A DNA stretch of 64,000 bases from the human T2T-CHM13v2.0 reference genome, Homo sapiens. The stretch's first letter is position 1; each line of letters starts with the position of its first letter. This document shows, piece after piece, positions 10,141 through 24,975 of this stretch. The position numbers and the translations under genes were made by a program. The notes beneath the pieces were generated by a model, which saw only the letters and a program-made list of their open reading frames with translations, ran no database searches and was not told the origin of the DNA. The stretch lies in the NCBI RefSeq assembly GCF_009914755.1, contig NC_060940.1; one strand, written 5' to 3'.

Positions 10141-12537
10141 TTTTTTTTCCTTCTCTCTCCCTCTCTCCCACTTTCGCGTTCTCTTTCTCCGCTATTAGCA
10201 GCCGCGGACTCCTGAGAGCGTGGCCTGGCGTCCGCACAGGGTGGAATTCGTATTTGGCCAGGAATCCGGACTCCGATCATCCCAGGAGACGCGGACCGGG
10301 GGCCTCCAGAGCTCTCCGGAGCGTGCTGCCGCTCCCCACCAGCCACCAGGGACTCGGAGGCCCTTCCTGGGTCCGGAGAAGCGACGGGGACACTTAGGGG
10401 AAAACTTTGCCAACTTCGCTCTTGGCGCGGAAGAGGCCGCTGGCCGGAATGGTGCAGCAGCGGCGGCGGGCCGCGACGCGCAGGGTGGGCCCCGGGCCAG
10501 TGCTGGGCACCCTGGAGCGCGTCGGGATGCCCAAAGTGGGGCGTGAGGCCGGTGGGCTCTTTGCTCCTCCGCTTCGCCCCTGCGCCTCCCGCGACCCGTC
10601 TCACTTCCCTGCGTCTCTGAGCGGCCCGAGAGGCGCAGCGCTCAGAGTGGCCTTGATGGAAGAACCTGGCCCTCGGCGGGAACGATTTTCTTTTGCTTTA
10701 CCTCTTCTGGATCAGCCGTTTTCCACCTGACTTGAGCAGCCCCCTCCCCCATGCCTTTTTTTTCTCGTTCCCTCCGTCTGTCCTCACAATTTCCTCTATC
10801 TTCGATTTCTAGATCATTCGCTTTTCTTCTCTTTCCTCCGCTTCCTCATTGTGCTGTTTTTATGCCTTTGCCCTGGACCACTTTTCAGTTCACTTTTCTC
10901 CCTTCTGCTCCCTCCCTCACCCCCTTCTTAATGTCTCTTTTTTCCTCGCCCTGAGTCTGTGACTGTGTCCCTTTCCCCCATCTGCAGTTGCCGTTTTTGA
11001 TTTTCTTTCTTTCCTCCCCACTTCCATCCGGATCCTCTCCTATTTCCTCCTTGGATTTCTGTCTCTCAGGTTCTGTCTCTCAGGTTCTCCTCTCCGTAAA
11101 TATTCTCTCCTCTCCCTCTCCGGGATCCGTCCCCTCCCCCACGTGGATCTGCCTCCCCGGCGCCCCCTCCTCATTCATCCTGGGAGATGAATTTGTCGCC
11201 TTATTGGACGCCGAGGCCAGAGCCGTGTGAGGGGGCTCGGCCAGCGCTGTGCATTTTCTTCATGCATATTGAGGAGATGGTAATGAGCGCGTTTGCATTG
11301 TTGCTTGGAAATGTTGTGTTTCCTGCCGCAGTTCGCAGTTCGGAGTGGGCGAGGGTGGTGTGGGCCCAGGACAGCCCCTCAGTAGGCACCCGGCCTGGCG
11401 GCCGCCGCTGACCCTCTCCGGATTCCCGGGCTCTGGGGGCCGGGGGAGGAAGCGACCTTGCCGAGCTCCTGACCCGGCCGCCGCCTCCTCCTCCGGTTTG
11501 TCCACAAAGGCCGTCGCGCTCCCCTCATTAAAGCCTCGTTACAGGAACCCCCGGCTGGCTCGCGACGGCTCCTCCGAGCCCCCCTGCCCACCGGCCTCTG
11601 AGCCCCTCCCCTGATTTGAGAGGCCTGTGATGGAGCGCCACCAGAAAATTAGTGCCTGACAACGTCGTCTATTGGCAATAAATTGAGATTCCAAGTGACA
11701 CGTCGCGGGATCAAACACAGCCACATTGTTGTGTACCCTGCTCCGCTCGCTCCTCGTTAATCTTGGAGGGCGCCTTGGCATCGCTTGGCCAGGGGAGGTT
11801 GTAGGCAGGCCTTTCGGCTGTCAGGACTCGGATCCTGCCTCTGCCCTGGCTGAGCCCACTTCAGTCATTCAGGAGGGACTGACTGCCCCTCCCTGATAAG
11901 GTCCAAGGCGCTCAGGAGGCGTGACCCAGGAACGCCTTTCAATAAGCTGAAGGTTTATTAAAGTCAGGAGCTTCGAGGGGCAAACTCTGAGTTAAGCTTG
12001 TGGGGAATCGACGTGAGCCTTGCTGGGAATTCAGAACATCAAGGTCTGGCCTTGTCTGGAATTGTCTGGTGTCGAGTTTCCCAAACTTCAAGCTTCCCGC
12101 TACTACCTTTATTATTTACTTAACATTTTTCCTTAAATTGACTCATTTTTAAAATCAAAGTACATATTTTTGGAAAGAAAATCTGATACTACCACTGTAA
12201 ATTGAAAAGTAGCTGTTACTCACCAGAAAAGGAAGTGGTAAAAGATAAACACAGCTAAAACCAAGCAATGTTAATACATGTTAGCCGTTTTGCTGGCTTG
12301 GAAAGACTCCTAGAGGCTCAGGTGTGTGTGTGTCATTAGCAAGTGTTGGAAGTGTTAAATACTGAATCTTTCTCGGAAGAAATGAGACAATTGAAAAGAG
12401 AATGTTTCTCACTATTCAATGTTCATTTAATTCAGTGTTAATTTAATTCTCTGATCCAAGACTGCACACTACCTAAAATAATGTTGACAACCTCAAGAGC
12501 TAGGACTGTTGAGGAGCGTATAAAAAAATTAAGATTA

Positions 12538-12870
<333 letters not shown>

Positions 12871-14594
12871 TTATTATTATTTACCAAATAATTGTGTTAA
12901 GCATTTTCAAACTGTATCATATTTAATTCTCACTATAAGTCTACAAGCTAGAGGCTATCCAGGGTGGCCATGTGTGGTAGTACAGGATGTTCATTGAACA
13001 AGGGCACCGACGGGCTAAAAGGGTGTGAAGTCTAGCCCTGCTGTGTTCACCAATATGTGTACCTTGGCTTGGGGCCACACTGGAGGAACAGTACCTTTCT
13101 CTCATGTACACAAATTTTATACAAAATTGGCACAAAATTGGGTTATGACCTAACCCTAATCTTAGAGATGGGGAAACTGAGGCTTAGAGAGTTTTGCAAA
13201 GCCCAGGCTGAAATCCTGTCTGATATTTTTAACTATGATCCCTTTGGGAGGGAGAGCAGTCCTTTTGGGGGCTTGGGAGGAGATGATGAGAGTTTGGGGG
13301 AGAGATGCTGAAAGACTAGTCCCTGGTTTGACTGAAGGAAAGGGGCGATCAGGCTGCCCAACTTTACCTCCCCCTGAATCTTCACACTTCCCACAAATAT
13401 TGGGGAAGATTTGGGCAAAAATACAACTGGGGTCAAGGATCCATTATCCCTGCTAATGACTAGGTTGAGGGAGAGGAAAAAGGTGTTCTGGTCTGCTTAG
13501 GCCTAACTCTGGATGTCTGGAACTGTTTCTTGACTTTGTTGTTTTTGTTCAGCTTACCTGCATGAGTCTATGCACCAGAGTTCTGTCTTGTTCTCATTTA
13601 CACTGTTTGGAAATTTCAGATTCTTAAAGACAAACTGACAGATTGCAGTGCACCAGCGGTTGTGAATCAGTGATTGCCTCTGATCACAGGCTCTTTTTTT
13701 TTTTTTGGTTTGGCCTCCATAGTGGCCTTTCCCCCCCCTTTTTGATTGAATTGCTTGCTAACACTTGCTACTTAGGTGATTTCATTTAAAAATCTAGGCC
13801 TTAGGGTTTGTTTAAAAAATTGGAAGGCTAAGAAATACAAGACTTCTTTATGAGAACAAATACCCAGATTTCATAGCTGCTGCCCTTCTACCTGGACACA
13901 CTCTAGTTTGCTCCAGTCCCCATCTGGCCCACGTCTCTCAATTGCTTTCAGGCAGCTGAATTTGTTATCCCTACTTTGTATCATCAGCTGTGATAATGGG
14001 ACATGCTTGCAAGTAGACACTGTCCTCCAATGTGAGGGACCTAGCACATGCTAGGTCAGCATGGCAAGTGACTCTTCTCTCTGCCATGCTTCTGGTTAGC
14101 TGGGCAGCTGCTTTGCCATGGTGGGGTAAGGGTGAGGGTAGGTGTCTAAGAGTGACAGGAATGAATAGTCCTGACTCCCCGGAGACTATCCAGGTATCAC
14201 AGCTGGGCCTATTCTCAAGCTCCTGGGAAGAGAATGGGAAGAAAGATCCTGCAACAGGAATTAGGAGGAAGCCCCAACTTTTTCTTGATTCCCCCACACC
14301 TTAGGCCCAGCCCTCCCTTGAGTCCCATGCACCATCTTAAACATGTCAAGCCAGAAAAGCTGCATTTTCCCTTCTTTTCTCCCTCTCTCCTTTTTTCTTT
14401 GCAACACGTATTTACAGAGTGCCTTCCATGTGCCAAGGAGCAGTGCTAAGTGCTGGGGATAGAGTGGTGAATTAGAGAAGTACCTTGTTGTAATAGAGCT
14501 TAGATTTTAGTGGGGCAATTAGATACTGAAAAGGGACACACACAGGACAGCTGAAGATAGCGTTACATTCTACAAAACAAACAATAACACACCG

Positions 14595-15044
14595 TGTACT
14601 GGTTGGGATAGCGTCCTCCCCAGATTCAAGTCCTTCCCAGAACCTCAGGGTGTGATCTGATTTAAAAACACGGCCATTGCAGATGCTGAAGTTTCATCTC
14701 ATGCTTGAGTGAGGTGGACTCTTAATCCAATATGACTAGTGTCCTTCTAAGAAGAGAAAAGATACAGAGACTGTGACCCAAGGGAGAAGACAGCCACCTG
14801 AAGACAGAGGCAAAGATTGGAGTGATGCGGCTATAATCCAAAGAATGCAAGGGGTTGCTGGCAGCCACCGGAAGCTGACAGGGGGTGGGAAAGGCTTCTC
14901 CCCTAGTGGCTTCAGAGGGACCAGAATGCTGTCAATACCTTGATTGCAGATTCTGGCCTCCAGAACTGCAAGATAGTGAACCTCTGTTGTTTTAAGCCAC
15001 CTAGTTTGTGGTAATTTCTTATAGCAGCTCTGGGAAACAAATGC
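14595..15044 (+). mobile_element. MaLR solo LTR (MLT1C-like)
   Basis: gaagacagaggcaaagattggagtgatg...ttctggcctccagaactg...ttttaagccacctagtttgtggtaattt. Confidence 0.8.
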
Positions 15045-15315
15045 CCAAGATGACGTGAGAGGAGGCAGGAGGGCCGCAGCTTTAGATAAATGGCACAATC
15101 ACAGGAGGCATTTGTGAGGAGGTAACAATTTAGTGGAAGTGGAACAAGTCACGAAAAACCTGGGGAAAGTGTATTTTAGAGCTGCTATGTCCAGTGCAGT
15201 AGCCACTAGCCATATGTGGCCATGGAGCCCTTGAAATGCAACTGGTCCAGACTGAGATATGCCAAACATGTGAAATACACACCAGATTTCAAAGGCTTGG
15301 GAAGAACAGAAATAA

Positions 15316-15648
<333 letters not shown>

Positions 15649-15699
15649 CTCTTTTAATTAATTTTAAAATATTGATTACACATGGAGATGATTGCATGA

Positions 15700-16434
<735 letters not shown>

Positions 16435-18714
16435 AATGAGTCATCTATTGAATGTCACTCTTTGGGGTGGACAAGGGAAGAGGATGTGAAGAGGAACAAG
16501 ACATGGGTCCCAGCCTCAAGGAGAGGGGCCATCCGGATATATTGGGCTAAACAAAGTATGCTATTAACATTTATTTTACTTTTTACTTTTCTAAATGTGG
16601 GAACTAGAAGATTTTGGCTAATGAAATATGAGCAAATTTTTACATTTATGGCTCCTATTATATTTCTACTGCATTATATTATTCTAAACAGAAGATACAG
16701 CAAGTGCAAAGGCCCTGTGGTAGGGACCGAGCTTCCTGTGTTTGGTGGTTCTGTACTCAGTCTGCATGTTGATACTTACTTGCTAATGTCACTAGACCTG
16801 GAGAGGTGATGTGGGAAGCCCTGTTGAACTTACAAGGGGGAGTCTATGAGTCTTTGTCCTTTCTTCTCAAGCAGAGAGCAAGGTCATGAAATTCAGCCCT
16901 TCAGACTGATGCCTCCTTCTTACTTGCAAATCTCACCTGCTCCTTTAGACCTCAGATGGAGAAAGAAGACAGCCCCAAACTTCCTGCTTAGTATGTCGAT
17001 TTAACCATCTCCCTAAGCTTGTCAGTGTGAAGGACATGGAGCTAGGACTAACTCCAGAAGTCTCCTTGTGTGCTGATGGCTGGCACCAAGGCCATGGTAT
17101 TACAGTATAGAGCAGAGACTCCCCAAACCCACAGCTTGCAAAGTGAACTAGAAGGACCAGGTTAGTTCATTTATTAAGCTAGAATTTTGTTCTTCTAAGA
17201 CAGAGTTTACAAAAGGGCATCTTGGGGCTAACTCCCACATGTTTTGATCATTTTGCGTGGTTTCACAATTCTTTTTAGGTGTAATTGAATTGCTGCATCA
17301 GTCAGGTTGGGCTGGGCTTTGCTGCAGTAACAAATAAGCCTCGTATCTTCATGGCTGGTAGTCACCCACTCTATATGTTGTTTGCTATGACATTACTCCA
17401 TGCCTTCTGCACTTCAGGATCCTGTCTGACAGAATAGCTTCTATCTGGAGTGTTGCTGAATGCCATGACCAAGAGCAATAGGGCACGGTGTACCACAGAC
17501 TGGCTCTTGAAATTTCTGTTTGGCAGCAACCCATGCTACTTCTGCTGATATTTCATTGGCCAAAGGAATCTTGTAACCATGCTTAAAGTCAAGAGGGCAG
17601 GGATGCATATGCCCCCTGCAGGGAGGGGCACTCTATGGGTCACCTCCTGTGCATCCCTTCAAATCCTTTTAGGCCCACCTTCTATTCCAGCCACTGTTTC
17701 AACAACCCTTGAGCAGGGCTAGCCTGACAGTACCCACTACATACCTCTTACTTTTCTGATGCAGTGCCCTGGGTACCAGCAGGAACCTGTGAGCACTCAC
17801 ACACATGCCACCTGCAAGTGCAGAGGAACTTTGCAAGATAGGCCAAAGAGGGCTATCTTTGGCCAAAGGGGAGGGCATGGATGAATAACTGTCCCCCTCC
17901 GTTCTCAGGGCAGGCAGTTAGTTCTGAGATGCTAGCACCTAGAGCAGCACTCACTCCAATTACCCGTCCTTACCCATACTTACCCATCCTTACATGGCTT
18001 ACCTCTCATCCCTGTCTCACTCCCTGGGCCTGCACTTACTCCTAGGGATCATTTCCCCAGTAAACGACCTGCATGTAAGCCTTTGCCTGGGGACCTACTA
18101 CAGAGGGAAACCAAGCTGAGACAGACAGGAAATTGGTGGACAGTAACACAATCTATCACTATTGCCCATACTGCAAAGTTAGAAGGTTTAATATAAAATT
18201 TCAGTGGTAAGCTTTTCTTGATAAATCAGATCTGGCAGCACATAACTGAAATTCTGGCAAGTCCACAAGAGGCTAGACTTGAATAGGGGCAGTGGCTTCC
18301 TTGAGATGGGATCCAAGCTCTTTCTTGATAACATTTGCTATCTGAGAAGGAAAGTCTTCACTTTTTCATGCTGTCTACCTGGCTCCAGGAGTCTTTTGGG
18401 TTTTTTTGTTGTTGTTGTTTATTTGTTTTAAATCTTTGTTATAGGAACTGTTGCTTGAGCTAGATATCTATGAATCCTTGGAAATTTTTTTTTTTAATTA
18501 TATGGAGAATTTTCTCATTTTGGGGGGGTTTTATTTACTTATTTTGTTTCTCTTTGTCTGTTTTATAACAAAAGGATCAATTAAAAAAGAAAAAAAAACA
18601 ACTTAGACTGGCAGTGCCAGGCTGGCAGGGACAGCCTGTCTGGTCACCACTGTATTCTCAGTGGTATATAGTAGGTGCATAAAGAATCTTTGCTGAATGG
18701 ATGACAAGATGAGT

Positions 18715-19420
18715 GACTGAGGTAGCCTGTTCCCAGTATGATCCTGAGCTCCTGACTCTCATGTCCTTGTAGCGCCTACTCTCTTTGAGTACGGGCTAAA
18801 CTTATTGTTTGCCTCTAATTTAGCAATAGGATGCCACTTCTGAGATTAGGTTATAAAAAAGACTATGGCTTCTGTCTTGTCCCTCTCTTACTCTCTCTCT
18901 AACATCCACAGCTGTGATGCCACGAGAATACTCAGATAGCACACGGACAGGCCCACATGGCAATGAATTGCAACTTGCCAGCAACCATGTGGGTTAGCTT
19001 GAAGTGAATTCTCTAGTCCTGTGTCTTCAGGTGACTGTAGCCCTGGCTGACCATGTGACTGAACCTGAGGAGAAGCTGAGCCAAAGGCACACAGATAAGC
19101 TGCACCTGGATTCCTGACTACAGAAACTGTGAAGTAATAAATGTTTGCTGTTCAAAGCCAAGGGTTGGCAAAATATATTCCACTTGTTTCTGTAAATAAA
19201 GTTTTACTGGAACACGGTAATGTTCACTAATGTGCCTATTGTTATGGCTGCTTTCATACTTCAACAGTAGTAGCTATTGAGTAGTTGCAGCAAAAGACTA
19301 TATGTCCACAGGACTAAAATATTTACTATGTGGCCCTTTAAGGAAAAGTTTGTCTATCCCTGTTTTAAGCTGCTAAGTTTGGGAAAAATAGTTACCTAGC
19401 AATGGATGACAAATACAATA
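18715..19420 (+). mobile_element. MLT1F-like MaLR LTR containing a MER58
   Basis: gatgccacttctgagattaggttataaaaaagactatggcttc...gaaactgtgaagtaataaatgtttg...ctaagtttggg...gcaatggatgacaaataca. Confidence 0.7.
19159..19362 (+). mobile_element. MER58A-like hAT MITE
   Basis: caagggttggcaaa...tgtaaataaagttttactggaacac...aaaatatttactatgtggcccttta...ccctg; 8-bp near-TSD ttcaaagc/ttttaagc. Confidence 0.75.
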
Positions 19421-20429
19421 GCTTTCAAATCCAAAACATTGGTCCTAACTGGGCTTGCAGGTCTTGAGGTAGGGCATCTAATTTCAGTTTAGCTTCGTTT
19501 AATAGATATTAACTGAGCACCTAGTGTGTGCCAGGCATGGTCTCAATAATATTGCAGAATGCCACATTCAGTTCTTTCTGCACTGTCCCCTCCAGCATTT
19601 TCTTGGTCTGTGGCATGATTTGCCAAATATTTGTGGATTTAAGTTGGATTTTAGAGACTGGAATTAGCAAGACGCTCTTTGGAATGCAACAGATAACTCT
19701 GTAATCATGGGGAGGTGAGCAGGGAGCAGGAAGATATTTAGCTGGTATTTCCATGCAAAGTTCTGATAGTTGTTAAAATATGGAAATATTTCCATCCCTC
19801 CCTACGGAAATACAGGGCCCCAAAGGCCCTACCTCCAGTAACCAAAGGGGTGAAGTGTAGCACAGCAGGGGCCACCCACAATTCTGAGGGCCACTCTAAT
19901 TTGTCAGTTCCCATGCCATGCTAGTGATTAAATATTAGCACATGGTTCCAGGACAAACTTCTGGCTTGTGCAGCAGGGGTGCTCAGTAATGTTGCCTGCA
20001 TGATGGAATTCATAGACATCTATTGAATATTTGCCCCTTTTTGGCGTGCACAGGGAAGAGGATGCAAAGAGGAACAAGATGTGGGTCCCATCCTCAAGGA
20101 GAGGGGCCACCTGATCTCTAAGTGTGTCTAATCCTCTCTTGGCAGGAGGGTCTGGAGCCAGACCTTCAGGGTTGAAATCCAACCCCACTTCTTACCAGCT
20201 GTTTGACCTTGAGCCAGTGATTCAGCACCCTGTGTGCCTCAGTTTCCTCCTCTGTGACAATAATAGTTCCTACCCCACAGCATTTTAGGGATGTGCTAAC
20301 AGTAATGCCTCGTACCTGGTTAGCACTCAGAAAATGTTAGAAAAAGAATGATCACCGTTCAGGAGCCAAAAGAACATTCTCTGACGGGTCATTATAATAT
20401 CAAGATGTACATTCAAGAAGAGTTGTCAG

Positions 20430-20743
<314 letters not shown>

Positions 20744-20792
20744 TGATCATGGACTAGATTTCTGGCTCTGGTCTAGGCCCCATGCAGGCAGA

Positions 20793-20945
20793 CAGGGCTG
20801 GCTTCATGGGCATGTGGCCTGTGCACAGAGACCTTCCTTTGGTTTAATGCTCTGCTGTTGCCATCTTGAGATGCTAAAGAATTTTCGAACAAGTGCCTTG
20901 CAGTTTTATTTTGCACTGGGTCTCAGATTATGTAATTGGTCTTGC
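20793..20945 (+). mobile_element. hAT MITE (MER91-like; family uncertain)
   Basis: cagggctggcttcatggg...taatgctctgctgttgccatcttga...; a related copy lies at 24835-24975. Confidence 0.55.
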
Positions 20946-22005
20946 TTACAGAGGTGGACATGGCAAACTTCTGATCATCAGGAGCTTTGCAAGTCTGCCC
21001 CGGGGAGCTAATGGGCCCGCCCATCTTTTCATCACAGAGCTACAGGCATTCTGGTGCAACACTGGGCCTAAGGCTGGCTCCCATGCGTCTTGGTTGGGTT
21101 GAAGCAGCCAAAGAGACCTCCCTGAGGCCACAAAGGAAGCCGCATCAAGGGCCTAGCATGTCTTATACCACCATCAAAACCTGGAGAGGAAAACCGATAA
21201 GGAGATCAGGTCCCATGATGCATCCGGTTAAGGGAATGCTGCTTGGATTTATTTTCCGCAAGAGGAGTAAGGCCTTGAATTCTGAAATATTTTTGAAACC
21301 TTTGGAAAATCCCCCTTTAATCACTGATGACAGGTTGACATTTTTCCAGCTGTTTAGAAGCACTAGACAAGTCAAGTTGCTTGGCAGGGCACAGGCTGGC
21401 ATGCTGGGATATGTGTGGGTTCTAACCTCCTTCCCTTTCCCTGGTTCCTTGCAGCTCTGAGGAAAAAGAAGAGAAAAATAAACCAACCAAAACAAAAGCC
21501 AGGCTCTTGCAGTGTTCATGCCAGTCTATGCCATCTGCATTTGGGGATTTGCTCCTGAAAGTAAAATCTTAATTGGGTAACTTTTTAACTTTTTCCTTCT
21601 TCTTCCCAGCTCATGGATTCACCTTTTCGGCAGCGTCCCACTACAGCAGCTTGTATATCTCTCTGTCATTAAATCTACTTCTAGGTTGAGAGAATTGTTT
21701 TATTGGCTCATCAGGTGCCAGCGTGAATCCTTTATTTGCTTCCATCCCCAATTCCAGGTGTGATCAAGACCTGGGTGTGGAGTAGAATCCAGGTTCCACC
21801 ATGAGCGAACCTGTTGGTTACGGGTATGTGCCCAAATCCCAGCTCTGCTTCTCAGTCTCTAGGGGGCCTTGGAGAAGTGACTTGGCCTCTCTGTGCTTCT
21901 GTTTCCCCATCTGTAAAATGCTATGAGAAGAATGACATGACTTCACACATGTAAAGCTCTTAGAACACATAATTAAGTGCATAGGCACATAATCATATAT
22001 TTAAC

Positions 22006-22570
<565 letters not shown>

Positions 22571-23017
22571 CTTAAACATATTTTAAAGGCATCTTTTCCA
22601 TTTATTATTATGGATGGATACAGTACTACCTCCACCATCCTATTCCCCTATTGATAAAAGCTCACAGGTACATAACACTCAACATGTTCCAGGTGCAATT
22701 TTAAGCCTTTTGCAAATATTTCCAAGCTTAAATCTCAAAACAACCTTATGAGGCAGGGACTATTGTTTCTCCCATTTTGTAGATGAAGAAAACTGAGGCA
22801 CAGAGAGGTTAAATAACTTGTCTGAAGTCATGCAGCTAGTAAGTGTCAGAGCCAAAGTTCATACTCAGAAATTCAGCCCTAGAGGCACCCTACTCTTAAC
22901 CATGGTGCTCTGTTAATATGTATAACTTGTGCCTTGCTGAACATTTAGAGTTTTTTCTTTTTCAATAAAAATGTAAACTTACTGTTGAAGAATGCATGAG
23001 TATCAAAAGTGTAGGAT

Positions 23018-23321
23018 GGGCTGGGCATGGTGGCTCATGTCTAGAATCCCAGCGCTTTAGGAGGCTGAGGCAGGAGTGTAGCTTGAGCCCAGGAGTTAGA
23101 GACCAGCCTGGGCAACATAGTGAGACCCTGTCTCTACCAAAAATCAAAAAATTAGCTAGGCATGGTGACACATGTCTGTGGTCCAGCTACTTGGGAGGCT
23201 GAGGTGGGGAGATCTCTTAAAGCTGTAAAGTCAAGGCTGCAATGAGCTGTGATCACACCACTGCACTTCAGCCTGGGCAGCTAAGCCAGACCCTGTATCC
23301 AAAAAAAAAAAAAAAAAAAAA
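23018..23321 (+). mobile_element. Alu (AluJ-like)
   Basis: Two arms, polyA tail, TSD-like aaaagtgtag on both flanks. Confidence 0.92.
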
Positions 23322-23800
23322 GTGTAGAATGCATTCATTTTCACAAACTGAGAACACCGATGGAACCATCACGCAAACTTCAACACAGATGATAACACTC
23401 TCTCAGAAGCCCCTTGGGTCTCCTTGTAGTCACTCCCTCACCCCAAAGGTAGCTGCTAGCCCCACGTCCAACAACAGAGATTTGTGTTGCCTATTTTTGT
23501 ACTTTATGAAAATGGAACCAAGCGGTATGAGTTCTTTCATTTCTGGTGTCTTTGGCTTGACATTGTGTTTGTGATTTATCCTTATCGTTGCATACGGTTG
23601 TAGATTGTTTATTCTTATTACCACGTAGTGTTCCACTCACAGTTTATCTATCTATTCTACCGTTGAGGGGCATTTGGGTAGTTTTTGTGAGTAATGCTGC
23701 TAGGAGCATTCTGGTGCATGACTTTCAGGGGGTGGATGGGTGCATTTCTGATGGGCGTGTCCCTAGGAGTGAAACCGCTGGGTCAGAGGGGATACATCTG
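23322..23800 (-). mobile_element. Old L1M (L1ME-like) 3' fragment
   Basis: tatgaaaatggaacca...gtgatttatccttatcgttgcat...ggcatttgggtagt...taatgctgctaggagcattct. Confidence 0.6.
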
Positions 23801-24388
23801 CCAGTCAGTTTGCTGGAGGCTTTTCAGTGTGTTGAGCGATGGGGTAGGGGAATGAAATGGAGGGTTGGGCATTTTGTAAGTGATTTCTCTTGCTTCTGGC
23901 CATCGACTGGAAATAAAACATGACATTTGGACCTGGTGGAAGGCCGAGTCATCAAGGCATGCCAGGAGATTATTTATGGGGTTTTGTTGAACATCCCACC
24001 TTTCTTTAATTTCTTCAGGATATCCTCTTCCTGTAAAGTGAGCTGAAAGGGCAAACTGTGAGGGTTTCATGGTGTCACTGTTAGAACTGTGAGGCAATGC
24101 TGTCAGCTAAAAACAGTGGGGCCGGTGCAGAAACCGTCACCGAGGGAAGCCTGCGGGCATGGCACTAGCGCCTCTCAGCAGCCCCAGAATCCACCATGGA
24201 TGATCAGGTGGATCATCTACTCATTCACTTGCCAAACCCTGATTGAGCACTCTGTGTGTGGCCAGCCATGTGCTGGGCGCTGGGGACAAAGCACTATACA
24301 AGGCTGGCCAAGTCCCTGCCCTGTCTGAGCTTACCTTCTCCTGGGGATATAAACATGAACATGAGCAAATTAAAAAAAAATATTTTCA

Positions 24389-24693
<305 letters not shown>

Positions 24694-24834
24694 TCAGAGC
24701 ATGATAAGGAAATGAAAAGAATGAAATGGGGGGATGGGAAAATGAGTGCTTGGGGAGGGAGGCAGTACTGGAGACAGCCCAGGGAAAGCCAGTTTGAGGA
24801 CGTTATATTCGTAAGCTTGGAAATAACGGTTGAG

Positions 24835-24975
24835 CAGGGCTGGCCTCGTGAGCGTGCACACCTGTGCACTTGCTAATGCTCTGCTGTTGCTGTCTTAAAG
24901 GTCATCATAATTTTTGAACAAGGGGCCCCGCATTTCCATTTCACACCAGGCTCTGCCAATCGCATAACTGGCCCT
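24835..24975 (+). mobile_element. hAT MITE (same family as 20793-20945)
   Basis: cagggctggcc...taatgctctgctgttgctgtctt...tttttgaacaaggggccccgcattt...ctggccct. Confidence 0.55.

Larger units (their letters stand above)
3900..11850. promoter_or_regulatory. Extended CpG island cluster over the IRX3 body, promoter and upstream region
   Basis: Dense CpG/GC for ~8 kb, interrupted only by short AT-rich or pyrimidine-rich islands; no Alu or L1. Confidence 0.85.

Noticed and set aside
6543-10730. Many 100-260 aa ORFs in the upstream CpG island
   Set aside because: Expected from high GC content; they overlap in all frames and show no protein-family features.
13998-14066. Short inverted repeat gacctagca-ca-tgctaggtc and p53-like half-sites
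   Set aside because: 9-bp arms can occur by chance in 64 kb; the half-sites have multiple mismatches or wrong spacing.
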